The notes under the pieces: model-generated
The model's input: the letters and a program-made list of their open reading frames with translations, nothing else
Told to the model about the DNA's origin: nothing
Database searches by the model: none
Position numbers and translations under genes: made by a program
DNA from: the human T2T-CHM13v2.0 reference genome, Homo sapiens
Direction: 5' to 3' (one strand)
NCBI RefSeq assembly: GCF_009914755.1
Contig: NC_060929.1
Length of the DNA: 64,000 bases
Shown here: piece after piece, positions 33,935-46,287 of the stretch
Layout of the letters: each line of letters opens with the position of its first letter
How positions within the stretch are numbered: position 1 is the first letter of the stretch

Positions 33935-35964
33935 CTAGAAAACCCAGAGGAGATAGATAAATTCCTGGAAATATACAACCTTCCCAGATTAAACCAGGAA
34001 GACATAGAATCTCTGAACAGACCTATAACAAGAAGTGGCGAGACTGAAATGGTAATTTAAAAACTGCCAACCCAAAAAACAGCCCAGGATTTACAGCTGC
34101 ATTCTATCAGGCATTCAAAGAAGAATTGGTACCAATCCTATTCACACTATTCCAAAAAATACAGAAAGATGGACTCCTCCCTAAATCATTCTATGAAGCC
34201 AGTATTACCCGAATACTAAAACCAGGGAAGAACGTAACAAAAAAAGGAAACTACAGACCAATATCCTTGATGAGCGTAGATGCAAAAATCCTTAACAAAA
34301 TACTAGAGAACTGAATCCAACAGCATATCAAAAAGATAATCTACCAAGATGAAGTGGGTTTCATACCAGGGATACAGGGATGGTTTAACATATGGAAGTC
34401 AATAAATGTGATACATCACATAAACAAAATTAGAAACAAAAATCACATGATAATCTCAATAGATGTGGAAAAAGCGTTTGACCAAATCCAGCATCCATTT
34501 ATGATTAAAACCCTCAGCAAAATTGACATAGAAGGGACAAACCTTAAGGTAATAAAAGCCATCTATGACAAACCCACAGCCAACATTATACTGAATGGCA
34601 AAAAGTTGAAAGCATTCCCCCAAAAACTGGAACAAGACAAGGATGCCCACTTTCACCATTCCTATTCAACATATTATTGGAAGTCCTAGCCAGAGCATTC
34701 AAACAAGGTAAAGAAATAAAGGGCATCCAAATCGATAAACAGAAAGTCAAACTGTTGCTGTTGCTTGATGTTATCATTGTAACCTAGAAAACCCTAAAGA
34801 CTCATCCAAAAAGCTCCTAGAATTGGTAAATGAATTCAGCAAAGTTGCAGGGTACAAAATTAATGAACTACAAATCAGTATCTCTGCTACACACCAACAG
34901 TGACCAAGCTGAGAATACAATCAACAACTCATCCACTTTCACAATACTTGCAAAAAAAAAAAAAATACTTAGGAATATACCTAACCAAGTGCAGGGAAGA
35001 CATCTACAAGGAAAACTACAAAACACTGCTGAAAAAAATCATAGATGACACAAACAAATGGTAATACATCCCATGCTCACGGATGGGTAGAATCAATATT
35101 GTAAAAATGATTATACTGCCAAAAGCAATCTACAAATTCAATGCAATTCTCATCAAAATACCACCATCATTTCTTCACAGAACTACAAAGAAAATATCCT
35201 TAAATTCATACAGCACCAAAAAAGAGCCCACATAGCCAAAGAAATACTAAGCAAAAAGAATGAAGACTTCATGACCAAGAAACCAAAGGCAAATGCAACA
35301 AAAAGTAAGATAAATAGATGAGACTTAATTAAACTAAAAAGCTACTGCACAGCAAAAGAAATAATCAGCAGAATTAGTAGGCAACTCACACAGTGGGAGA
35401 AAATCTTCACAATCCGTACATCTGACAAAGGACTAATATCCAGAAACTACAAAGAACTCAAACAAACTGGCAAGAAAGAAAAAAAAAATCCCATCAAAAA
35501 AGTGGGCTAAGGACATAAATAGACAATTCTCAAAAGAAGATATACAAATGACCCACAAGAATATGGAAAAATGCTTAACCTCATTAATTATCAGAGAAAT
35601 GCAAATCAAATCCACAATGTGATACCAGCTCACTCCTGCAAGAATGGTCATCATTCAAAAAATCAAAAAATAAGAGGTGTTAGCATGGATTCAGTGAAAA
35701 GAAAACACTTTTACGCTGTTGGTGGGAATGTAAACTAGTACAACCAGTATGGAAAACTGTGCAGATTCCTTAAAGAACTAAAAGTAGATCTACCGTTTGA
35801 TCCAGTAATCTCGCTATTAGGTATCTACCCAGAGGAAAAGAAATCATAATACGGAAAAAAAAAAACTTGCACATGCATTTATATAGCAGCACAATTTGCA
35901 ACTGCAAAAATATGGAAGCAGTCCAAATGCCCATCAATCAATGAGTGGATAAAGAAAATGTGAG

Positions 35965-36134
35965 ATATATATATATATATGTATATATGTGTGTATATAT
36001 ATGTATATATGTGTGTATATATGTATATATATGTGTATATATGTATATATATGTGTATATATGTATACATATGTGTATATATGTATATATATGTGTATAT
36101 ATGTATATATATGTGTATATATATATGTATATAT

Positions 36135-36166
<32 letters not shown>
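35965..36166. repeat. (TA)/(TG)/(CA) compound microsatellite with ~20-bp periodicity
   Basis: atgtatatatatgtgtatat repeated; gives rise to spurious YI/CV ORFs. Confidence 0.95.
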
Positions 36167-36546
36167 CCCCCATGGAATACTACTCAGCCATAAAGAGGAA
36201 TGAAATAATGGCATCTGCAGCAACCTGGATGGAATTGGAGACTATTCTTTTAAGTGAAGTAACTCAGGAATGGAAAACCAAACATCATATGTTCCCACTC
36301 ATATGTGGGAGCTAAGCTATGAGGATGCAAAGACATAAAAAGGATACATTGGACTTACTTTGGAGATGTAGGGGAAAGGGTGGGGTGGGGGGGGGATAAA
36401 AGACTACAAATTGTGTACAGTGTACACTGCTTGGTTGATGGATGTACCAAAATCTCAGAAATCACCACTAAATGACTTATTCATGTAATCAAACACCACC
36501 TGTTCCCCAAAAACCTATTGAAATAAAAAAAATTAAATATTTACTT

Positions 36547-36890
36547 AAAAAAGACAACAAACATCATTATATAATGATGAAAGGATGAATTCAACAAGAA
36601 GAAATAACAATTCAAAATATATATGCACCTAGGTCTGGAGCTCCCAGATTCATAAAGCAATTACCAGTAGATCTAAAAAAAGAGATAGATAGAAACACAG
36701 TATTAGTGGAATACTTCAGCACTCCACTGAAAGCACTAAACAAATCATCAAGGCAGAAAGTCAACAAAGAAATAATGAACTTAAATTGCACTCTAGAACA
36801 AATGGATCTAACAGATATTTAGAGAACACTCCATCCAAGAATTGCAGAATATGCATTCTTCTCATCAGCACACAAAACATTCCCCAAGCT
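36547..36890 (+). mobile_element. Continuation of the host L1 ORF2 endonuclease region
   Basis: cattatataatgatgaaagga...aatatatatgcacct resumes the L1 sequence left at about 30625. Confidence 0.85.
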
Positions 36891-37072
36891 CATAGTGTAG
36901 TTTAGATATTTACCCAGCATCACTGACCCGCTTATTCAATTTGCCATTGCCTCTTGGTATGCTTCTTCTTATTTATATTTTTTTTTTTACTTAGGTTGAA
37001 ATTGAAGATACATATGCTACTCTTCGCCAACATCCTAGCCTAGTGCACTGCAACCTCAAGAAAGAGATTTGA

Positions 37073-37329
37073 TTTACAATACCATATTATTAACTATAGT
37101 CACCCCACTGTGCAACAGAACACCAGAACTTATTCTAATTGTAATTTGGAATATCTCTGCATAGCTAGAAGACAGAAATTTGAATGTTCCCACCACACAC
37201 ACAAAAATAAATGTTTGAGGTGATTAATATGCTAATTACTCTGATTTGATCATTACACAATGTATACATGTATCAACACATCACATTGTACCCTATAAAT
37301 ATGTATAATTTTCAATTAAAATTTTTAAA
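37073..37329 (+). mobile_element. Short L1MA 3' end with 5' inversion and a 12-bp TSD
   Basis: Antisense L1 3' UTR piece (about 37075-37140) then a sense piece from atagctagaaga; aaagagatttga at 37061-37072 and aaagagctttga at 37330-37341. Confidence 0.75.
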
Positions 37330-38025
37330 AAAGAGCTTTGAAAAATTTACAGAATATGTAAGTAACTGTGAATACAGTTTTTTATTATGTCTTATTAGAT
37401 ATATGTAAGAAAATATCACTCAATTACAGAAAATATGTTAAGGGAAGTAGAAACTGGGAATTCCAGTGTTAATATCCACATTGTTCCTATGTTTTGTTTA
37501 AAAACATCTCTGTTAAACATGAATCACTAGAGGATACAAATAAATACACCAATCCTAGAAACATACACTAAATATCCTGTTACGTGAAAACTACTTATTC
37601 TCTCACAGAAGAAGAAAGATGAAAAGAAACTCTGTAATTTAAAGGCTTCCTGATTAATCTGAAGCCAAGACAAACATATGGGATGGGAGAAAAAAAAAAG
37701 GCAAGTATTCAAGAATGATGTTGATTACAAGACACTATGTTAAAAATTATTTTACTTGTCACTAGGGAAAAAGTAATCTCCATTCTAAGAATGTATTATT
37801 CTAAGCTTTCTGATAAACATTTTTAAAATATGTTGTGTGCTTGATGTGATTCATTAATTCATTCATTTATTCATACTTTCAATTGATCAAATCTGTGTTG
37901 AGCACTACATGAATATCCCAGTAACCTCTAAGAGTATGGTAGCTGCTTCACACCTATACTCTCATAGTCATAAGGCAGTCTGCCCCACTTTCTGGCCACA
38001 TCAGGAAAGCTCTAACTTGACGCCT

Positions 38026-38440
38026 GAAAATGTGATATGTGTGGTGTGTGTGTGTCTGTATGCCATAGAATACCACTCAGTCATTAAAAAAAGAACAAAA
38101 TAATGTATTTTGCATCAAAGATGGTACTAGAGGTCATTATCCTTAGGGCAATCACTCAGATACAGAAAGGGAATAATTGCATGTTCTCACTTACAAGTGG
38201 AAGCTAAACAATGGGTATACATGGACATACAGTGTGGAATAATAGACATTGAAGACAACAAAAGGTGGAAGAGGAAGGGTGGTGATGATTGAAATACTAC
38301 CTATTGGGTATAATGTACACTAGTACACTACTCGGGTGATGGGTAAACTAAAAGCCCAAACTTCACCTCTACACAATACATCTATAGAACACAACTGTAC
38401 TTGTACCCCTTAATCTATGAAAATTAAAAATTAAAAAATA
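38026..38440 (+). mobile_element. L1PB/L1MA 3' end fragment
   Basis: catagaataccactcag...gcatgttctcacttacaagtgg...aaagcccaaacttcacc...ttgtacccct followed by an A-tail. Confidence 0.8.
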
Positions 38441-38819
38441 TTTTTGAAAAGATCAAAAATGTGAAATTCACAGTTTGTTTATAATAGTGGGATTTCTGAA
38501 GGAAATATATTTGAATATCTAGGGTCACAGAATAAAAGTAATTCAATATAAAATAATATTCAGAAAATGATTTAAATGTGCTTATACATTCATTGGGAAT
38601 ATCAAATATATGATTGTATTATTATTTCATTAGCAGAATACAAGAAATATTAATTTATGCTCATCAAAAGGTAAGTTTATTTTGGTCAATTTCCAAAAAT
38701 CTCCTGAGGTCTGGGCTTAACTGTGTCTTTGGAAAGATTTCTGTCTTGATAAAACAGAAGGGGTTATTCACTACTACTCTTTTTGCTGTTGTTTTTGTTG
38801 TTGTTTGAATGTTCCTTTA

Positions 38820-41800
38820 ATTTCTTTATCTTTTTTTTCTTGAACTTTTAAGTTCAGGGGTACATGTGCAGGAGTGCAGATTTGTTAGAGGTAAACGTAT
38901 GCCATGGTGGTTTGCTGCACAAATCATCCCATCACCTAGATATTAAGCCCAGCATCCATTAGCTATTCTTCCTGATGCTCTTCCTCCCCACAACACCGCC
39001 CCTCCCACAGGCCCCAGTATGTGTTATTCCCCCCATGTGTCCGCGTGTTCTCATCATTCAGCTCCCACTTATAAGTGAGAACATGTGGTGTTTCCTTTTC
39101 TGTTCCTGCACTAGTTTGCTAAGGATGATGTCGTCCAGCTCCATCCGTGTCCCTGCAAAGGACATGATATGTTTTCTTGTTATGGCTGCATACTATTCCA
39201 TGGTATATATGTACCGTATTTTCTTTATCCAGTCTATCATTGGTGGGCATTTAGGATGATTCCATTTCTTTGCTATTGTGAATAGTCCTGCAATGAACAC
39301 ACACATGCATGTATCCTTACAATAAGAATGATTTATATTCTTTTGAGTATATACCCAGTAATGGGAATGCTGAGTCAAATGATATTTCTGCCTGTAGGTC
39401 TCTGAGGAATCATAATACTGTCTTCCACAATGGTTGAACTAATTTACACTCCCACAAACAGTGTAAAAGTATTGCTTTTACACTGTTCCTTTTACACAGA
39501 AATAAAAGAATACCCTTTCTTTCTCTTGCCTGATTGCCCTGTCCAGAACTTCCAATACTCTGCAACCTCATTGGCATGTTTTTTTGACTTTTTAGTAACA
39601 GCCATTTTTACTGGCATGAGTTGGTATCTCATTGTGGTTTTGATTTGCATTTCTCTGATGATCAGTGATGTTGAGCTTTTTTTATATGACTGTTGGCCAC
39701 AGGTATGTCTTATGAGAGTCTGTTTATGTCCTTTGTCCACTTTTTAATGGGGTTATTTTTTCTTGTAAACTTAAGTTCCTTGCAGACTCTGTGTATTAGA
39801 CCTTTGTCAGATGGACAGATTGCAAAAATTTTCTCCCATTCTATAGGCTGTCTGTTCACTCTGATGATAGTTTCTTTTGCTGTGCAGAAGCTCTTTAGCT
39901 TAATTAGATCTCATTTCTCAATTTTTGCTTTGGTTGCAATTGCTTTTGGCATTTTCATCATGAAATGTTTGCCCGTGCCTTTGTCCTTACTGGTACTGCC
40001 TAGATTTTCTTCTCAGGTTTGCATAGTATTGTTTTACATTTAAGTCTTTAATCAATCTTGAGTTAATTTTTGTACATGGTGTAAGGAAGGGGTCCAGTTT
40101 CAATTGTCTGCATATGGCTAGCCACTTCTCCCAGCACCATTTATTAAATAGGACATTTTTTCCCCATTGCTTGTTTTTGTCAGGTTTGCCAAAGATCAAA
40201 TGGTTATAGGTATGTGACCTTATTTCTGAGTTCTCTATTCTGTTCCATTGCTCTATGCATCTGTTTTTATACCAGTACTACTCTGATTTGGTTACTGTAG
40301 CCTTGTAGTATAGTTTGAAGTTGGGCAGTGTGATGCATCCAGCTTTGTTCTTTTTGCTTAGGATTGTTTTGGCTATTCAGGTTCCTTTTCATTCCATATG
40401 AATTTTAAAATAGTTTTTTTTTTTTTTACATTCTGTGAAGAATGTCAGTGGTAGTTTAATAGAATTAGTATTGAATCTATACATTACTTTTGGCAGTATG
40501 GCCATTTTTGCAATATTGATTCTTCTTATCCATAAGCATGGGATATTTTTCCATTTGTTTGTGTCCTCCCTGATTTGAGCAGTGGTTTTGTTTCTCCTTG
40601 AAGAAGTCCTTCCCTTCCCTTGTTAGCTGTATTCTTAGGTATTTTATTCTTTTTGTGGCAATTGTGAATGGAGTTCATTCCTGATTTGGCTGTTAGTGTA
40701 TAGAAATGCTAACAATTTTTGCATTGATTTTGTATCCTGAGACTTTTCTGAAGTTGCTTATCAGTGTAAGAAGCTTTGGCGCTGAGACTATAGAGCTTTC
40801 TAGATACAGAATCATGTGATCTTCAAACAAAGGTAATTTGACTTCCTCTCTTCCTATTTGAATACCCTTTATTTCTTTCTCCTGCCTAATTGCCCTGGCC
40901 AGAACTTCCAATACTCTGTTAAATAGGAGTGGTGACAGAAGGCATCCTTGTCTTGTGCTGGCTTTCGAGGGGAATGCTTCCAGCTTTTATCCATTCGGTA
41001 TGATATTGGCTGTGGGTTTGTTATAAATGGCTATTATTATTTCAAGGCATCTTCCTTCAATATCTAGTTTATTGAGCATTTTTAACATAACGGGATGTTG
41101 AATTTTATTAAAGGCCTTTCTACATCTATTGAGATAATCATGTGGTTTTTGCTTTTAGTTCTATTTATGTGATTAATTACATTTATTGATTTGCATATGT
41201 TGAACCAACCTTGCATTCCAGAGGTGAAGCCAACTGGATCGTGGTGGATAAGCTTTTTGCTGTGCAGTATTGGTCTATTCTGAGATTCAAGTTCTTCCTG
41301 GTTCAGTCTTGGGAGGGTGTATGTGTCTAGAAATTTATCCATTTCTATGAGATTTTCTAGTTTATGTGCATAGACGTGTTTATAGTATTCTCTGATGGTT
41401 GTATTTCTGTGGGGTCAGTAGTAATACCCCCTTATCATTTCTGGTTGTGTTTTTTTGATACTTCTCTCTTTTCTTCTTTATTAGTCTAGTCAGCAGTCTA
41501 TTTTATTACTTTCTTCAGAAAACTAGTTCCTGGATTCATTGATTTGTTTAAGAGCATTTTGTGTCTCTATCTCCTTCAGTTCAGCTCTAATCTTGGTCAT
41601 TTCTTGTCTTCTGCTAGCTTTAGGATTTGTTTGCTCCTGGCTCCTAGTACTTTTAGTTGAGATGTTAGGTTGTTAACTTGAGATCTTTCTAGCTTTCTGA
41701 TGTGTTCATTTAGTGCTATGAAGTTCCCTCTTAACACTGCTTTAGCTGAGTCCCAGAGATTCTGGTATGTTGTCTCTTTGTTCTCTTTAGTTTCAAATAA

Positions 41801-42343
41801 CTTCTTGATTGTAGCTTTAATTTCACTATTTCCCCAAGAGTCATTCAGGAGCAGTTTGTTTAATTTCCATGTAGTTGTGTGGTTTTGAGCGAATTTCTTA
41901 ATCTTGAGTTCTAACTTGAATGCACTGTGGTCTGATAGACTGTTATGATTTAAGTTCCTTTGCATTTGCTGAGGAGTGTTTTACTTCTGATTATTTGATC
42001 AATTTTAGAGTAAGTGTCATGTGGCAATGAGAAGAATGTTATGCTCTGTTGTTTTGGGATGGAGAACTCTGTAGATATCTATCAGGTCCACTTGATTCAG
42101 AGCTGAGTTCAGGTCCTTAATATCTTTGTTAATTTTACGTCTTGATGATCTGTCTAATATTGTCAATGGGGTGTTAAATTCTCCCACTACTATTGTGTGG
42201 GATTCTAAGTCTCTATGTAGGTCTCTAAGAACTTGCTTTGTGAATCTAGCTCCTCCTGTATTGGGTGCTTATATATTTAGCATAGTTAGCTCTTCCTGTT
42301 AAACTCTTCACCATCATGTAATGCCCACCTTTGTCTTTTTTGA
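38820..42343 (-). mobile_element. L1PA (older subfamily) ORF2 and 3' UTR with internal deletion and a templated insertion
   Basis: Multiple minus-strand ORF2 peptides ([48 protein letters not shown]). Confidence 0.92.
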
Positions 42344-42757
42344 TATACTCTTTTTTAGCACTGTGCTAAATTCTGAGTATTGAGTAGTGAATAAATGAGA
42401 TTGACCCTTGCTTCATAGAACTTAGGTTCAAGTGGTAAAAATAATCACACTAATTTTGGAATCTTAAGTGTGTGTTATAAATGAAACATGCAAGATCTAT
42501 ACTACAAATTTTGTAAACTGCTGTTTTAGGTAGAGTGGACAGGATAGTTTGTCTCTTAGCTGCTTTCAGGGAGCAGGGTAAGGCAGTTGCTTCTGGCTGG
42601 CAGAACTGCAAGGATTAGGCATCTTAATGTTGAGTTTCAGTGTAAAGAAGCCCATTTGTGGTACACCCTAGTGTCAGCTTCCAAATGGCATTTATCAGTA
42701 ATAAAATGCCCTTTTGATTTCCCATCTTCCTTACTCAGAACTTCATTCCACATTATA

Positions 42758-42833
42758 AATGGAATAGAGTTAGTATTTAATGCCTCTCCCAAAAAATAGA
42801 ATAGAGTTAGTATTTAATGCCTCCTCCCAAAAA
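42758..42833. repeat. ~37-bp tandem duplication
   Basis: gaatagagttagtatttaatgcctc(c)tcccaaaaaa twice in succession. Confidence 0.9.
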
Positions 42834-43114
42834 AGTCCAACATTCAACTTGTCAAAAAAAAAAAAAGGAATGACAAAAAAGAAAATGTGCATTATCTTTC
42901 CTTCCTTCCAAAATCTGATTTTGTCATGTTCTTCATCTTGATTAATGGCATTATCATTCTCCCAGATGTGCAGGCATAAAACCTTGGTATCATTTGTTAC
43001 CCCAAATTCCCATCTGCAGCAGTCCTTGGCAATAACTGGGACATGCAAAGAGCTAAATGATTCTGAAATCTTAGAATCAAACTATTGTTTCCAAATGATT
43101 AGGAAAGCTATGTT

Positions 43115-43308
43115 CTAATGTTTCTCAAAATGCAGCTCTCAATTACCCAAAACAGAATAAGAAAGGGAATTTGTTAAAATTGGAGATTCTAGATCACTAT
43201 TTTAGAAATTCTGGACAGAATTTTTGGAAGTGGAGACATGGACTATATATGCATTTTTAACAAGCTCTCAGAGTGATTTTCATGTACACTGAAATTTAAG
43301 AATCTCTT
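43115..43308. mobile_element. MER5-type hAT-Charlie non-autonomous DNA transposon
   Basis: Termini gtttctcaaa...tttaagaatc; internal tgcatttttaacaagctc...gtgatt. Confidence 0.65.
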
Positions 43309-44477
43309 TCCTTTCCCTTACTACCTGCATCCAGATATTGTCATATCCTGTCCATTTCCCTAACTTTTTTCCCATTAATCCAATCCTACAGGCCTCTATA
43401 GCCCTAGGACTATATACTAACCTGCTTGGTGCCCAGCACTTTCTACCTTCACTTAAAATGGCTATATTACTGCCAGGATAAACTTTTTAAGTACAGATCT
43501 CTCCTGATATAGCAACCAACTAACTAAACAACAACAACAAAAACAAAATCAGATTTTTCAGAGATACTCAATTCTCAACAAAAGTGATCTTAAGCAGGCA
43601 ACATACCTGGAAGTTACTGTGCTCTTTTTAGAATACCATATTGTTTGTAAAACATCATTATATAATGACATCTTGAAATCTGTCATGGGAATGAACAAAA
43701 ATTTTCCTAGGAGAAGATACTGTGTTTTGTTTGTGCAATAGAAAGTTACAATTTTGAGCACAAATATCTATGTGAAATACAATCTTTCAAACTAAGTAAA
43801 ATTAGTTGTTTATGAATTTTTCTCTTAATTTTAATATACTTGTTCATTTACTTGTTATCAATTGGCTTGCAAACAAGTTGTACCAAGCACAGGATATAAA
43901 AAAAAAATACATAAATAAGGGGAAAAAATCTCAGAATGAGAAATTTGTATCAGGTTACTGCCACATTATTATATTCTCCTAATTAATACCATGATTTGAT
44001 TCTAGCTTCTTAATCAACTATTGCTAGAATAATGTGGCATAATCAATAACCATAGAAATATCAGTGGCATACAGCAAATAAGCATTTATTTTTCACTTCT
44101 TTGGTCAAGCTGGGGTTGACTAACTTAAGCTAACCTTGGCTGCATTTGGTGCCAGGCTATAGGTTTAGTCATAGTTTACGCCAGATATCCCACAGTCTAC
44201 TAGGATCAGAGGACTAGCTGGGTCATATTCTTTTCAAGGTTAGGGCCAGAACTTTCTGTGCAGAGAGGGCAGGCAAGTGAAAGGGGGAAAGGAATAATGA
44301 GAGAGGTAGGTGTGTGTATGCATGTGTGTGTGTTTCTGGCTCTCTCTCTGTATATATCTACCTGTATCTGTCTCTCTTTTAGCAATGAAAACAATAACTT
44401 ACTCAAAAGACCCACGTATACCCTTGACAGGCATCTCATTGGTGAGAGGTACATCATGCGGCCACTTCTAGTTATCT

Positions 44478-45363
44478 GCACAAATTGAAGTTCCATATTA
44501 CTGAAGTCAAACAGGCAAGGAAGACATTATTGAAGACTACTGCTGTTGGGAAAGGGGATAAAACTCTTCTAATCTCAACTCCTCTAAAAGAAAAAAAGGA
44601 GTGGAGAGTTATTAAGAGCTATTTTGGGAAGATCACCGGCCACCTGAGTTTGCTGATTGACTTTACCCAAAGGAAAAGTAAATTTTCTCCTCCATGACAG
44701 GAGGTGGTTTTACAACTTGAAGCGAGAAGCCTACAACAGTTAGGTTCCTTTCCTCTCACACAAAATAAGAGATGGCCCACTACCTTCCTTGCTGATTATA
44801 TTTCAAAGGCATGATGGCTTTCCATACCCTTGAGATAGTTTTCAATTATATAACTGGCCAGAAGCTTTAAAAAATATTTACATCTGAAAAGGGAAGAGAA
44901 ATAACTTACAATGGTAAAGTTTTCTAAAGTAATTTTTTTTAATATACTTTAAGTTCTAGGGTATATGTGCACAACGTGCAGGTTTGTTACATATGTATAC
45001 ATGTGCCATGTTGCTGTGCTGCACCCATTAACTCGTCATTTACATTAGGTATATCCCCTAATGCTATCCCTCCCCCCTACCCCACGACAGGCCCCGGTGT
45101 GTGATGTTCCCCATCCCGTGTCCAAGTGTTCTCATTGTTCAATTCCCACCTATGAGTGAGAACATGCAGTGTTTGGTTTTCTGTCCTTCTAATAGTTTGC
45201 TCAGAATGATGGTTTCCAGCTTCATCCATGTGCCTACAAAGGACATGAACTCATTACAAGCAAATGCTCTTTAGAAAGGGAGGTCAGGGACCCATAGGCA
45301 GGAAAAAAAGCCTGCTTAAAGCTTGTAATGAAGCTAAGGAAAACTAAGCCCTTCTGGCTTACA
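44478..45363 (-). mobile_element. MER31-like ERV1 LTR interrupted by an L1PA 3' end
   Basis: Antisense MER31-like motifs (aaacaggcaaggaagac, aagttttctaaagtaa|aaatgctct...aaagggaggtcaggg). Confidence 0.65.
44932..45254 (-). mobile_element. Short L1PA 3' end
   Basis: T-tract then atactttaagttctagggta...tgtgcacaacgtgcaggtttgttacatatg. Confidence 0.92.
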
Positions 45364-45571
45364 GATTAAATGTGTTATTGCAGTTTGACACCAATGAATT
45401 CAGATTATGAGTTTCCAATCTCTCAGGGTTCCTGCATGAGAGAGTTGCTGTACATTTTACACAATCTCTTTTTGTCTACTTACTTTCTTAATACGCATCC
45501 TTGACCGCTCCTCACTAACAGTGAAAAGAACAATGCTTCCAAAACGGTCACGTCCTCGCTTTTTACACAAG

Positions 45572-45687
45572 TGCGCGTGCGCACTGGGCGCTAGGCCTCT
45601 GACGTCACCAAGTGCATCCGCCCCTACAAGTTAGCAACCGAAGGCGTCCTTAGCAGCAGTGGCCGCTGAGATGTACGAACTTCCGGT
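45572..45687. promoter_or_regulatory. TATA-less core promoter: NRF1 (45572-45583), CRE (45600-45607), GC box (45618-45623), RFX half-site (45630-45638), ETS/GABP (45679-45687)
   Basis: TGCGCGTGCGCA, TGACGTCA, CCGCCC, GTTAGCAAC and ACTTCCGGT read directly from the sequence. Confidence 0.85.
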
Positions 45688-45835
45688 TCTCCGGGCAGCT
45701 GCCACTGCTGTAGCTTCTGCCACCTGCCACGACCGGGCCTCTCCCTGGCGTTTGGTCACCTCTGCTTCATTCTCCACCGCGCCTATGGTCCCTCTTGGAG
45801 CCAGCGTGGCGGGCCTGGCGGCTCCCGGGTGGTGA
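45671..45835 (+). other. Upstream ORF (54 aa from ATG 45671; 16 aa from ATG 45785), in frame with FAM174A
   Basis: Open frame MYELPVLR...APMVPLGASVAGLAAPGW*, TGA at 45833-45835, 18 nt before the main ATG. Translation is not demonstrated. Confidence 0.55.
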
Positions 45836-45853
45836 GAGAGCGGTCCGGGAACG

Positions 45854-46287
45854 ATGAAGGCCTCGCAGTGCTGCTGCTGTCTCAGCCACCTCTTGGCTTC
45901 CGTCCTCCTCCTGCTGTTGCTGCCTGAACTAAGCGGGCCCCTGGCAGTCCTGCTGCAGGCAGCCGAGGCCGCGCCAGGTCTTGGGCCTCCTGACCCTAGA
46001 CCACGGACATTACCGCCGCTGCCACCGGGCCCTACCCCTGCCCAGCAGCCGGGCCGTGGTCTGGCTGAAGCTGCGGGGCCGCGGGGCTCCGAGGGAGGCA
46101 ATGGCAGCAACCCTGTGGCCGGGCTTGAGACGGACGATCACGGAGGGAAGGCCGGGGAAGGCTCGGTGGGTGGCGGCCTTGCTGTGAGCCCCAACCCTGG
46201 CGACAAGCCCATGACCCAGCGGGCCCTGACCGTGTTGATGGTGGTGAGCGGCGCGGTGCTGGTGTACTTCGTGGTCAGGACGGTCAG
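45854..46287 (+). CDS. FAM174A: FAM174A (TMEM157) coding exon 1: signal peptide, Pro/Gly-rich ectodomain, single TM helix
   Basis: [26 protein letters not shown]...[22 protein letters not shown] recognised as FAM174A; A at -3 of the ATG; ends at donor CAG|GTGAGG (phase 2). Confidence 0.95.

Noticed and set aside
35879-36315. Cluster of YI/CV-rich ORFs
   Set aside because: Translation of a dinucleotide microsatellite.
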